From the NCBI GenBank assembly GCA_964016885.1, contig OZ024741.1, forward strand, positions 313,286,001 through 313,350,000: a stretch of DNA of 64,000 nucleotides. The letters run 5' to 3'. The notes beneath the pieces are model-generated. The model searched no databases and was not told the origin of the DNA. It saw nothing but the letters and a program-made list of their open reading frames with translations. This DNA is from Eledone cirrhosa. Lineage: Eukaryota. Of this stretch, positions 15,676 to 28,804 are shown piece after piece. Each line of letters starts with the position of its first letter. Position 1 is the stretch's first letter. The translations under genes and the position numbers were made by a program.

Positions 15676-15803
15676 GGAATCGCTTGTGAGGACAATGCAA
15701 GCTATGTACAGGGGTGCTGTCAGTAAAGTTGACAATAGAAATGGAGTTTAATGAGGAATTCCAGATACAAGTAGGTGTGCATCAAGTTTCGCTCCACAGC
15801 CCA
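15676..15803 (+). mobile_element. RTE LINE short fragment (internally deleted unit)
   Basis: Matches the first ~130 bp of the RTE copies. Confidence 0.75.
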
Positions 15804-15915
15804 TACTCAGCACAAGACCACTCTCAATTTTGAAATTTAATATAAAATTGTATCATTGATATATGTATGTAATTAATGATATATGCAACATTATCATATA
15901 TAGTGATATTTTTAG

Positions 15916-16050
15916 AATGCCAAGCAGGAAAGTTTGGTGTTGCTTGTAATGGGAGCTGCCATTGTATCAACAACACGAACTGTGACAAGCGAAATGGAAC
16001 ATGTTTAGATGGATGTTCTGCAGGTTATACTGGTGTCAATTGCCAAGAAG
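15916..16050 (+). CDS. EGF-like exon copy 3
   Basis: tttAG/GT boundaries; ECQAGKFGVACNGSCHC...GVNCQE. Confidence 0.85.
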
Positions 16051-16106
16051 GTATCTCATATAATTATTACGTAATGATTATACACATGCACACACACATA
16101 TACATA

Positions 16107-16138
<32 letters not shown>

Positions 16139-16140
<2 letters not shown>

Positions 16141-16236
16141 GTATATGCCGGTGTAAATGTTGATCCGCTGCATATTTCGACCCATAACATTTTGAGGTAC
16201 AAATCATGTTTAGACATATATACGCCAGTTTAGACG
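16139..16236. mobile_element. Degenerate short pogo/Tc2-like MITE remnant (present after most exon copies)
   Basis: Starts TA-CCGTATATGCCGGTGTAAA and ends ...TATATACGCCAGTTTAGACG, an imperfect inverted repeat resembling CCGTATAT-type TIRs. Confidence 0.4.
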
Positions 16237-16632
16237 AAACCCCTGGTATAAGGGCTTACATTCGCCCCAGCCTTAGATATGTTTGCCGATGTTTATTTGC
16301 ATGAAATAGAAACCATTAAAATAAACACTAAATAGTTGTAAAATAAAAATGCATTGGAAGAAAGTACAAGTTGGAAAATGTATTTCTCAGTTAACAACCT
16401 GATTTAACTAAACTGTTTTATTAGTAAACAATATCCTACCACACGTGACTTGATATGCGGGAATTTTAAAAACCTAAATATTCCTTATCCAATGTGGTTT
16501 AGCTTAGATGGCGATATATATTTACTTTCGTCCTGTTTTGTTTCGTGGGGAAAATACTGTAGTTTTCCGATAATTTAATAATTCAGTGAATCAGAGTACC
16601 ATTAATATAATAACTATAATATTAATAGTAAT

Positions 16633-17759
16633 AGCAATCGCTTGTGAGGACAAAGCAAACTATGTACCGGAGTGCTGTCAGTTAAGTGACAATAGAAATG
16701 GAGTTTAGTGAGGAATTCCAGATTCAAGCAGGTGTGCATCAAGGTGTGCTCCTCAGCCCAATCTTGTTCATTATAGTCCTCCATGTCATAACCAAGGAGT
16801 TTAAGACTGGCTGCCCATGGGAACTTCTCGATGCTGATGATCTGGTTCTTATAGCTGATTCACTAGAGGAGCTAGAGACTAAATTCTGGCCATGGAAAAA
16901 GCAGTTGGAATCAAGAGGCCTGAGAGGAAACATAGTTAAAACAAAAGTGTTGATAAGTAGAAGTGAGGGCAATGCTCTGATTCCATCAGGGAATTGGCCA
17001 TGTTAGATATATAGCATAGGAACTGGCATGCCTTCCATAAAATGTACGCAATGCTGATCTTGGAGATAGGGAAAACTACGTATGCAATAGATGTACAGGG
17101 AAAGTTGGCAGTAGTAATCGCTGTAATAGACTCATTTTTCCAATGCAGGTGGGTTCTATAGAAGTGGGTGATAGCTTCCGGTACCTAGGTGATCAGAAAA
17201 TCATGGGAGGATGGTGTTCCGCGTCCATAGTATCTAGAATAAGGACGGGTTGGAAAAAGTTTATGGAGCTTCTTTCTGTGTTGACAAAGAAGCGTTTCTC
17301 CCTGCGTGCAAAAGGACGGTTATATGATACCTGTGTGAGATGCGAGGATGCTGCATGGTAGTTAGAAATGGACAGCAACTGCTGAAATTATGCGACGGTT
17401 GGAGAGAAATGAAGCAAGTATGCTCCGTTGGATGTGCAATTTTAATGTGCGTGAACGATCAAGCATAGACGAGCTGAGAAGGAAAATGGGTATAAGAGGC
17501 ATAAGTTGTGGTGTGCAGGAGAGAAGGCTGAGATGTTATGGACATATGATGTGGATGAAGGATGAGCACTGGGTGAAGAAAGCCAGGAACTCCAAATGGA
17601 GGGAAGTCGCAGTAGAGGTAGGCCACGAAAAACATGGGCGGAACTGGTGAAAATCACCGAGGAGATGACAAAGATCCGTGACAAGTGGGTAGATGCTGTG
17701 TTGAATAGGACCCGTCCAACCATTGCAAGGAGGGAAAAGCGGGCGGAAAAATGATAATG
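16633..17759 (+). mobile_element. 5'-truncated, decayed RTE-clade LINE (RT C-terminal half)
   Basis: GVHQGVLLSPILFIIVL...GCPWELLDADDLVLIA (YADD box), FRYLGD, RRLERNEASMLRWMCN, RPRKTW; stops/frameshifts; tail ...AAATGATAATG. Confidence 0.9.
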
Positions 17760-18054
17760 AATAAAAATACATGTGAAGAACGTACAATTTGGCAAATATA
17801 CTTTTCAGTTAACAAAATGATTTAACTGAACAGTTTTATTAGCAAACAAGATGCTACCACACCATCACTTGATACGGGGTAAATTTAAAAATCTAAATAT
17901 TCCTTATCCAATGTGTATCATTATTACGTGGCGATATCATTTTACTTCCGACCTGTTTTATTTCGTGGGGAAATTACCGAGGATGTTCCGATAGTTTAGA
18001 TAATTCATTGAATCAGTATACCATTCATATTATAACTATGACATTCATGATAAT

Positions 18055-18101
<47 letters not shown>

Positions 18102-18467
18102 GTGTATATATGTGTGTATGTATGTATTTGTGTGTGTGTGTGTGTGTATGTGTGTATGTATGCATTTTTATATAAATACATTAAATTATATATATATTCT
18201 AGAATATGGTAATATTTGGAAGGATTATATATGATATTTTTCTTATAATATTGTTTGTTACTTTCATAATGTTATTATCATTGCATTTAATTGAACTCAA
18301 AATCGAAGTATTTTTTATAGTGGATCGATATAATATTCAATAAATCTACAACTTCATTTGTTAAGCACAAGATCACTTTAATCTTGAAATTTAATATAAA
18401 ATTATATCATTGATATATTATGTAATTAATGATATCTTCAACATTATCATATATATTTATATTTAAG

Positions 18468-18602
18468 AATGCCGAGCAGGAATGTTTGGTGTTGCTTGTA
18501 ATGGGACCTGCCATTGTATCAACAACACGAACTGTGACAAGCGAAATGGAACATGTTTAGATGGATGTTCTGCAGGTTATACTGGTGTGGATTGCCAAGA
18601 AG
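18468..18602 (+). CDS. EGF-like exon copy 4 (type A, AAG acceptor)
   Basis: tttaAG acceptor, GT donor, open frame. Confidence 0.75.
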
Positions 18603-18662
18603 GTATCTCTTATAATTGTTACGTGATTATTCTACACACACAAACACACACATATACATATT

Positions 18663-18694
<32 letters not shown>

Positions 18695-19210
18695 CATCAT
18701 TTCATTTATATATATACAGTATATGCAGGTGTAAAAGATGACCTGCTGCATCTCTCGACCCATCAAATTATGTGGTACAAATCAGGTTTATGCCTATATA
18801 CGCCAGTTTAGACGTCACCCCTGGTATAAGGGATTCCATTCTCCCCAGCCGTAGATATGTTTGCCGTTGTTTATTTGCATAAAATAGAAAACATTAAAAT
18901 AAACACTAAATAGTTGTAAAATAAAATGCATGTGAAGAAATTACAAGTTGCAAAATTTATTTTTCAGTTAACAAAATGATTTAACTGAACTGTTTTATTA
19001 GTAAACAATATCCTACCACACCGAGACTGGATACGCGGGAATTTAAAAACCTAAATATTCCTTATCCAATGTGTATCAGCTTAGATGGCGATATATATCT
19101 ACTTTCGTCCTGTTTTGTTTCGTGGGGAAATTACAGTAGTTTTCCGATAATTTAGATAATTCAGTGAATCAGTATACCATTAATATAGTAATTATAATAT
19201 TAATACTAAT

Positions 19211-20374
19211 AGGAATCGCTTGTTAGGAAAATGCAAGCTATGTACAGGGGTGCTGTCAGTAAAGGGACAATAGAAATGGAGTTTAGTGAGGAATTCCAGA
19301 TACAAGTAGGTTTGCATCAAGGTTCGCTCCTCAGCCCAACCTTGTTCATTATAGACCTCCAAGCCATAGCAGAGGAGTTTAAGACTGGCTGCCCATGTGA
19401 ACTTCTCTGTGCTGATGATCTGGTTCTTATAGCAGATTCAGTAGAGGAGCTAGAGAATACATTTTGGCTATGGAAACAGCAGTTGGAATCAGGAGGCCTG
19501 AGAGTGAACATAGCTAAAACAAAAGTGTTGATAAGTGGAAGAGAGGGGATGCTCTGATTCCATCAGGGAATTGGCCATGTTAGATATATAGCATAGGAAC
19601 TGGCATAAATTCCATAAAATGTACGCAATGCTGATCTTGGAGACACAATAGATGTAGTGGAAGTGCAGGCAAACTAACGGTTAGGGAAAACTACGTATGC
19701 AATAGAGCTACAGGGAGAGTTGGCAGTATTAATCGCTGTAATAGACTCATTTTTCCAATGCAGGTGGGTTCTATAGAAGTGGTGTATAGCTTCCGGTACC
19801 TAGGTGATCAGATAAGCATGGAAGGAGGGTGTTCCGCGTCCTTAGTATCTAGAATAATGACAGGTTGGTAGAAGATGATCGAGCTTCTTTCTCTGTTGAC
19901 AAAGAAGCGTTTCTCCCTGTGAACAAAATGACGGTTATATGATACCTGTGTGAGATGCGAGGATGCTGCATGGTAGTTAGAAATGGACAGCAACTGCTGA
20001 AGTTATGCGACGGTTGGAGAGAAATGAAGCAAGTATGCTCCGTTGGATGTGCAATTTTAATGTGCGTGAACTATCAAGCATAGACGAGTTGAGAAGGAAA
20101 CTGGGTATAAGAGGGATAAGTTGTGGTGTTCAGGAGAGAAGGCTGAGATGGTATGGACATATGATGAGGATGTAGGATGAGCACTGGGTGAAGAAAGCCA
20201 GGAACTGCAAGTGGAGGGAAGTCGCAGTAGAGGTAGGCCACGAAAAACATGGTCGGAGCTGGTGAAAATCACCGTGGAGATGACAAAGATCCGTGACAAG
20301 TGGGGAGATGCTGTGTTGAATAGGACCCGTCCAACCATTGCAAGGAGGGAAAAGCGGGCGGAAAAATGATAATA
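19211..20374 (+). mobile_element. RTE LINE fragment, co-duplicated copy
   Basis: Same boundaries and lesions as other copies; CADD motif. Confidence 0.9.
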
Positions 20375-21063
20375 AATAAAAATACATGTGAAGAAAGTAC
20401 AATTTGGCAAATAAACTTTTCAGTTAAGAAAATGCTTTAACTGAACAATTTTATTAGTAAACAACATGCTACCACACCATCACTTGATACGCGGTAAATT
20501 TAAAAAGCTAAATATTCCTTATCCAATGTGTATCATTATTACGTGGCGATATGATTTTACTTCCGACCTGTTTTACTTCGTGGCGAAATTACCGGAGATT
20601 TTCCGATAGTTTAGATAATTCAGTGAATCATTATACCATTGACATTATAACTATAATATTCATGATAATATTATTTATATATATATATATATATATAGGG
20701 GTGTATATATGTGTGTATGTATGTATTTGTGTGTGCGTGTGTATGTGTGTATGTATGTATTTTTATATATATACATTATATTATATATATATTCTAGAAT
20801 ATGGTAATATTTGGAAGGATTATATATGATATTTTTCTTATAGTATTGTTTGTTACTTTCATAATGTTATTATCATTGCATTTAATTGAACTAAAAATCA
20901 AAGTATTTTTTATAGTGGATCGATATAATATTCAATAAATCTACAACTTCATTTGTTAAGCACAAGATCACTTTAATCTTGAAATTTAATATAAAATTGA
21001 ATCATTGATATATGTATGTAATTAATGATATCTTCAACATTATCATATATATTGATATTTTAG

Positions 21064-21198
21064 AATGCCGAGCAGGAATGTTTGGTGTTGCTTGTAATGG
21101 GACCTGCCATTGTATCAACAACACGAACTGTGACAAGCGAAATGGAACATGTTTAGATGGATGTTCTGCAGGTTATACTGGTGTCGATTGCCAAGAAG
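21064..21198 (+). CDS. EGF-like exon copy 5 (type B)
   Basis: ttttAG/GT, open frame. Confidence 0.85.
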
Positions 21199-21258
21199 GT
21201 ATCTCTTATAATTGTTGCGTGATTATTCTACACACACAAACACACACATATACATATT

Positions 21259-21294
<36 letters not shown>

Positions 21295-21536
21295 TATACA
21301 TCATTTCATTTATATATATACAGTAAATGCCGGTGTAAAAGTTCATCCGCTGCATCTCTAGACCCATCAAATTATGTGGTACAAATCAGGTTTAGGCCTA
21401 TACACGCTAGTTTAGATGTCACCGCTGGTATAAGGGATTCCCTTCTCCCCAGCCGTAGATATGTTTGCCGTTGTTTATTTGCATAAAATAGAAAACATTA
21501 AAATAAACACTAAATAGTTGTAAAATAAAAATGCAT

Positions 21537-21690
21537 GTGAGGAATTCCAGATACAAGTAGGTTTGCATCAATTTCGCTCCTCAGCCCAATCTTGTTCATT
21601 ATAGTCCTCCAAGCCATAACAGAGGAGTTTCAGACTGGCTGCCCATGTGAACTTCTCTGTGCTGATGATCTGGTTCTTATAGCAGATTCA
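21537..21690 (+). mobile_element. RTE LINE fragment truncated at both ends by deletions
   Basis: Begins at type-B GTGA junction, ends fused to Helitron remnant. Confidence 0.85.
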
Positions 21691-21816
21691 TTTTTGGGGG
21701 GACAACCTGTATATACACAAATATTAACATATATATATAGAGAACGTGTGTGCAAGCAAGCAAGCAAGCAAACAAGCAAGAAAACAGTCAAGATCAGAGT
21801 TTTAGTAGTATATAGA
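21691..21816 (-). mobile_element. Remnant (5' end) of non-autonomous Helitron
   Basis: Matches the last ~126 bp of 34308-36035. Confidence 0.8.
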
Positions 21817-21880
21817 TTGTATCATTGATATATGTATGTAATTAATATCTTCAATATTATCATATATATTGATATTTTAG

Positions 21881-22015
21881 AATGCCGAGCAGGAATGTTT
21901 GGTGTTGCTTGTAATGGGACCTGCCATTGTATCAACAACACGAACTGTGACAAGCGAAATGGAACATGTTTAGATGGATGTTCTGCAGGTTATACTGGTG
22001 TCGATTGCCAAGAAG
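21881..22015 (+). CDS. EGF-like exon copy 6 (type C)
   Basis: ttttAG/GT, open frame; preceded by Helitron remnant. Confidence 0.85.
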
Positions 22016-22071
22016 GTATCTCTTATAATGTTTACGTAATTATTCTACTCACACACAATCACACACATACA

Positions 22072-22193
<122 letters not shown>

Positions 22194-22203
22194 ACATACA
22201 TAC

Positions 22204-22235
<32 letters not shown>

Positions 22236-22751
22236 ATATATATACATAAATTCATTTATATATATACAGTATATGCCGGTGTAAAAGTTGATCCGCTGCA
22301 TATCTCAACCCATCAAATGTTGTGGTACAAATCAGGTTTAGGCCTATATAAGCCAGTTTAGACGACACCCCTGGTATAAGGGATTCCATTCTCCCCAGCC
22401 GTAGATATGTTTGCCGTTGTTTATTTGCATAAAATAGAAAACAACACTACATAGTTGTGAAATAAAAATGCATGTGAAGAAAGTACAAGTTGCTAAATTT
22501 ATTTTTCAGTTAACAAAATGATTTAACTGAACTGTTTTATTAGTAAACAATATCCTACCACACGTGACTTGATACGCGGTAATTTAAAAACCTAAATATT
22601 CCTTATCCAATGTGTATCAGCTTAGATGGCGATATATATTTACTTTCGTCCTGTTCTGTTTCGTGGGGAAATTACAGTAGTTTTCCGATAATTTAGATAA
22701 TTCAGTGAATCAGTATACCATTAATATAATAATTATAATATTAATACTAAT

Positions 22752-23914
22752 AGGAATCGTTTGTGAGGAAAATGCAAGCTATGTACAGGGGTGCTGTCAA
22801 TAAAGTGACAATAGAAATGGAGTTTAGTGAGGAATTCCAGATACAAGTAGGTTTGCATCAAGGTTCGCTCCTCAGCCCAATCTTGTTCATTATAGACCTC
22901 CAAGCCATAACAGAGGAGTTTAAGACTGGCTGCGCATGTGAACTTCTCTGTGCTGATGATCTGGTTCTTATAGCAGATGCAGTAGAGGGACTAGAGAATA
23001 AATTCTGGCAATGGAAACAGCAGTTGGAATCAGTAGACCTGAGAGTGAACATAGCTAAAACAAAAGTGTTGATAAGTAGAAGAGAGGGGTTGCTCTGATT
23101 CCATCAGGGAATTGGCCATGTTAGATATATAGCATAGGAACTGGCATAAATTCCATAAAATGTACGCAATGCTGATCTTGGAGACACAATAGATGTAGTG
23201 GGAGAGGAGGCAAACTAACGGTTAGGGAAAACTACGTATGCAATAGAGCTACAGGGAATGTTGGCTGTAGTAATCGCTGTAATAGACTCATTTTTCCAAT
23301 GCAGGTGGGTTCTATAGAAGTGGTGTATAGCTTCCAGTACCTAGGTGATCAGATAAGCGTAGGAGGAGGGTGTTCCGCGTCCTTAGTATCTAGAATAACA
23401 CAGGTTGGTAGAGGTTCATGGAGCTTCTTTCTCTGTTGACAAAGAAACGTTTCTCCCTGCGTGCAAAATGACTGTTATATGATACCTGTGTGAGATGCGA
23501 GGATGCTGCATGGTAGTTAGAAGTGGACAGCAACTGCTGAAATTATGCGACGGTTGGAGAGAAATGAAGCAAGTATGCTCCGTTGGATGTGCAATTTTAA
23601 TGTGCGTGAACGATCAAGCATAGACGAGCTGAGAAGGAAACTGGGTATAAGAGGCATAAGTTGTGGTGTGCAGGAGAGAAGGCTGAGATGTTATGGACAT
23701 ATGATGTGGATGAAGGATGAGCACTGGGTGAAGAAAGCCAGGAACTCCAAATGGAGGGAAGTCGCAGTAGAGGTAGGCCACGAAAAACATGGGCGGAACT
23801 GGTGAAAATCACCGAGGAGATGACAAAGATCCGTGACAAGTGGGGAGATGCTGTGTTGAATAGGACCCGTCCAACCATTGCAAGGAGGGAAAAGCGGGCG
23901 GAAAAATGATAATG
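22752..23914 (+). mobile_element. RTE LINE fragment, co-duplicated copy
   Basis: As above. Confidence 0.9.
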
Positions 23915-24601
23915 AATAAAAATGCATGTGAAGAAAGTACAATTTGTCAAATAAACTTTTCAGGTAAGAAAATGATTTAACTGAACAGTTTTTTAATAAA
24001 CAAGATGCTACCACACCATCACTTGATACGGGGTAAATTTAAAAATCTAAATATTCCTTATCCAATGTGTATCATTATTACGTGGCGATATCATTTTACT
24101 TCCGACCTGTTTTATTTCGTGGGGAAATTACCGAGGATGTTCCGATAGTTTAGATAATTCATTGAATCAGTATACCATTCATATTATAACTATGACATTC
24201 ATGATAATCTTATATATATATATATATATATATATGGGTGTATATATGTGTGTATGTATGTATTTGTGTGTGTGTGTGTGTATGTGTGTATGTATGCATT
24301 TTTATATAAATACATTAAATTATATATATATTCTAGAATATGGTAATATTTGGAAGGATTATATATTATATTTTTCTTATAATATTGTTTGTTACTTTCA
24401 TAATGTTATTATCATTGCATTTAATTGAACTAAAAATCAAAGTATTTTTTATAGAGGATCGATATAATATTCAATAAATCTACAACTTCATTTGTTAAGC
24501 ACAAGATCACTTTAATCTTGAAATTTAATATAAAATTATATCATTGATATATTATGTAATTAATGATATCTTCAACATTATCATATATATTTATATTTAA
24601 G

Positions 24602-24736
24602 AATGCCGAGCAGGAATGTTTGGTGTTGCTTGTAATGGGACCTGCCATTGTATCAACAACACGAACTGTGACAAGCGAAATGGAACATGTTTAGCTGGAT
24701 GTTCTGCAGGTTATACTGGTGTCGATTGCCAAGAAG
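24602..24736 (+). CDS. EGF-like exon copy 7 (type A)
   Basis: tttaAG/GT; CLAGC variant. Confidence 0.75.
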
Positions 24737-24796
24737 GTATCTCTTATAATTGTTACGTGATTATTCTACACACACAAACACACACATATACATATT

Positions 24797-24828
<32 letters not shown>

Positions 24829-25344
24829 CATCATTTCATTTATATATATACAGTATATGCAGGTGTAAAAGATGACCTGCTGCATCTCTCGACCCATCAA
24901 ATTATGTGGTACAAATCAGGTTTATGCCTATATACGCCAGTTTAGACGTCACCCCTGGTATAAGGGATTCCATTCTCCCCAGCCGTAGATATGTTTGCTG
25001 TTGTTTATTTCCATAAAATAGAAAACATTAAAATAAACACTAAATAGTTGTAAAATAAAATGCATGTGAAGAAATTACAAGTTGCAAAATTTATTTTTCA
25101 GTTAACAAAACGATTTAACTGAACTGTTTTATTAGTAAACAATATCCTACCACACCGAGACTTGAGACGCGCGAATTTAAAAACCTAAATATTCCTTATC
25201 CAATGTGTATCAGCTTAGATGGCGATATATATCTACTTTCGTCCTGTTTTGTTTCGTGGGGAAATTACAGTAGTTTTCCGATAATTTAGATAATTCAGTG
25301 AATCAGTATACCATTAATATAGTAATTATAATATTAATACTAAT

Positions 25345-26508
25345 AGGAATCGCTTGTTAGGAAAATGCAAGCTATGTACAGGGGTGCTGTCAGTAAAGGG
25401 ACAATAGAAATGGAGTTTAGTGAGGAATTCCAGATACAAGTAGGTTTGCATCAAGGTTCGCTCCTCAGCCCAACCTTGTTCATTATAGACCTCCAAGCCA
25501 TAGCAGAGGAGTTTAAGACTGGCTGCCCATGTGAACTTCTCTGTGCTGATGATCTGGTTCTTATAGCAGATTCAGTAGAGGAGCTAGAGAATACATTTTG
25601 GCTATGGAAACAGCAGTTGGAATCAGGAGGCCTGAGAGTGAACATAGCTAAAACAAAAGTGTTGATAAGTAGAAGAGAGGGGATGCTCTGATTCCATCAG
25701 GGAATTGGCCATGTTAGATATATAGCATAGGAACTGGCATAAATTCCATAAAATGTACGCAATGCTGATCTTGGAGACACAATAGATGTAGTGGAAGTGC
25801 AGGCAAACTAACGGTTAGGGAAAACTACGTATGCAATAGAGCTACAGGGAAAGTTGGCAGTATTAATCGCTGTAATAGACTCATATTTCCAATGCAGGTG
25901 GGTTCTATAGAAGTGGTGTATAGCTTCCGGTACCTAGGTGATCAGATAAGCATGGAAGGAGGGTGTTCCGCGTCCTTAGTATCTAGAATAATGACAGGTT
26001 GGTAGAAGATGATCGAGCTTCTTTCTCTGTTAACAAAGAAGCGTTTCTCCCTGCGAACAAAATGACGGTTATATGATACCTGTGTGAGATGCGAGGATGC
26101 TGCATGGTAGTTAGAAATGGACAGCAACTGCTGAAGTTATGCGACGGTTGGAGAGAAATGAAGCAAGTATGCTCCGTTGGATGTGCAATTTTAATGTGCG
26201 TGAACGATCAAGCATAGACGAGTTGAGAAGGAAACTGGGTATAAGAGGGATAAGTTGTGGTGTTCAGGAGAGAAGGCTGAGATGGTATGGACATATGATG
26301 AGGATGTAAGATGAGCACTGGGTGAAGAAAGCCAGGAACTCCAAGTGGAGGGAAGTCGCAGTAGAGGTAGGCCACGAAAAACATGGTCGGAGCTGGTGAA
26401 AATCACCGTGGAGATGACAAGGATCCGTGACAAGTGGGGAGATGCTGTGTTGAATAGGACCCGTCCAACCATTGCAAGCAGGGAAAAGCGGGCGGAAAAA
26501 TGATAATA
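25345..26508 (+). mobile_element. RTE LINE fragment, co-duplicated copy
   Basis: As above. Confidence 0.9.
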
Positions 26509-27199
26509 AATAAAAATACATGTGAAGAAAGTACAATTTGGCAAATAAACTTTTCAGTTAAGAAAATGCTTTAACTGAACAGTTTTATTAGTAAACAACA
26601 TGCTACCACACCATCACTTGATAGGCGGTAAATTTAAAAAGCTAAATATTCCTTATCCAATGTGTATCATTATTACGTGGCGATATGATTTTACTTCCGA
26701 CCTGTTTTACTTCGTGGCGAAATTACCGGAGATTTTCCGATAGTTTAGATAATTCAGTGAATCATTATACCATTCACATTATAACTATAATATTCGTGAT
26801 AATATTATTTATATATATATATATATATATATAGGGGTGTATATATGTGTCTATGTATGTATTTGTGTGTGCGTGTGTATGTGTGTATGTATGCATTTTT
26901 ATATATATACATTATATTATATATATATTCTAGAATATGGTAATATTTGGAAGGATTATATATGATATTTTTCTTATAGTATTGTTTGTTACTTTCATAA
27001 TGTTATTATCATTGCATTTAATTGAACTAAAAATCAAAGTATTTTTTATAGTGGATCGATATAATATTCAATAAATCTACAACTTCATTTGTTAAGCACA
27101 AGATCACTTTAATCTTGAAATTTAATATAAAATTGTCTCATTGATATATGTATGTAATTAATGATATCTTCAACATTATCATATATATTGATATTTTAG

Positions 27200-27334
27200 A
27201 ATGCCGAGCAGGAATGTTTGGTGTTGCTTGTAATGGGACCTGCCATTGTATCAACAACACGAACTGTGACAAGCGAAATGGAACATGTTTAGATGGATGT
27301 TCTGCAGGTTATACTGGTGACGATTGCCAAGAAG
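27200..27334 (+). CDS. EGF-like exon copy 8 (type B)
   Basis: ttttAG/GT; GDDC variant. Confidence 0.85.
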
Positions 27335-27397
27335 GTATCTCTTATAATTGTTACGTGATTATTCTACACACACAAACACACACATATATATATTTAC

Positions 27398-27482
<85 letters not shown>

Positions 27483-27716
27483 AATTCATTTATATATATA
27501 CAGTATATGCCGGTGTAAAAGTTCATCCGCTGCATCTCTAGACCCATCAAATTATGTGGTACAAATCAGGTTTAGGCCTATACACGCTAGTTTAGATGTC
27601 ACCGCTGGTATAAGGGATTCCCTTCTCCCCAGCCGTAGATATGTTTGCCGTTGTTTATTTGCATAAAATAGAAAACATTAAAATAAACACTAAATAGTTG
27701 TAAAATAAAAATGCAT

Positions 27717-28804
27717 GTGAGGAATTCCAGATACAAGTAGGTTTGCATCAATTTCGCTCCTCAGCCCAATCTTGTTCATTATAGTCCTCCAAGCCATAAC
27801 AGAGGAGTTTAAGACTGGCTGCCCATGTGAAATTCTCTGTGCTGATGATCTGGTTCTTATAGCAGATTCAGTAGAGAAACTAGTGAATAAATTCTGGCTA
27901 TGGAGACAGCAGTTGGAATCAGGAGGCCTGAGAGTGAACATAGCTAAAACAAATGTGTTGATAAGTAGAAGAGAGGGAAATGCACTGATTCCATCAGGGA
28001 ATTGGCCATGTTAGATATATAGCATAGGAACTGGCATAAATTCCATAAATTGTATGCAATGCTGATGTTGGAGACACAAGAGATGTAGTGGGAGAGCAGG
28101 TAAACTAATGGTTAGGGAAAACTACGTATGCAAACGATGAACAGGGAAAGTTGGCAGTATTAATCGCGTGATAGACTCATTTTACCAAAGCAGTTGGGTT
28201 CTATAGAAGTGGTTGATAGCCTCTGGTACATAGGTGATCGTATAAGCATGGGAGGAGGGTGTTTCGCGTCCACATTATCTAGAATAAGGACGGGTTGGTA
28301 GAAGTTTATGGACCTTCTTTCTCTGTTGACAAAGAAGCGTTTCTCCCTGCGAACAAAAGGACGGTTATATGATACCTGTGTGAGATGCGAGGATGCTGCA
28401 TGGTAGTTAGAAATGGACAGCAACTGCTGACGTTATGCGACGGCTGGAGAGAAATGAAGCAAGTATGCTCCGTTGGATGTGCAATTTTAATGTGCGTGAA
28501 CGATCAAGCATAGACGAGTTGAGAATGAAATTGTGTATAAGAGGGATAAGTTGTGGTGTGTAGGAGAGGAGGCTGAGATGGTATGGACATATGATGTGCA
28601 TGGAGGAGGATTACTGGGTGAATAAAGGCAGGAACTCCTAGTGGAGGGAAGTCGCAGTATAGGTAGGCCACAAAAAACATGGGCGGAACTGGTGAAAATC
28701 ACCGAGGAGATGACAAAGATCCGTGACAAGTGGGGAGATGCTGTGTTGAATAGGACCCGTCCAACAATTGCAAGGAGGGAAAAGCGGGCGGAACAATGAT
28801 AATG
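27717..28804 (+). mobile_element. RTE LINE fragment (type B start, chimeric end)
   Basis: As above; diagnostic SNP switch near 28672-28688. Confidence 0.9.

Noticed and set aside
16686-17650. RT next to repeated cassettes as a diversity-generating retroelement or domesticated RT
   Set aside because: RT is a 5'-truncated RTE LINE with mutated YADD (DADD/CADD), stops and frameshifts, passively co-duplicated; no adenine-specific variation among exons
21012-21326. EGF ORFs as independent small single-exon genes
   Set aside because: ORF starts and ends are intronic read-through; homology and AG/GT sites delimit a 135-nt internal exon; no signal peptide
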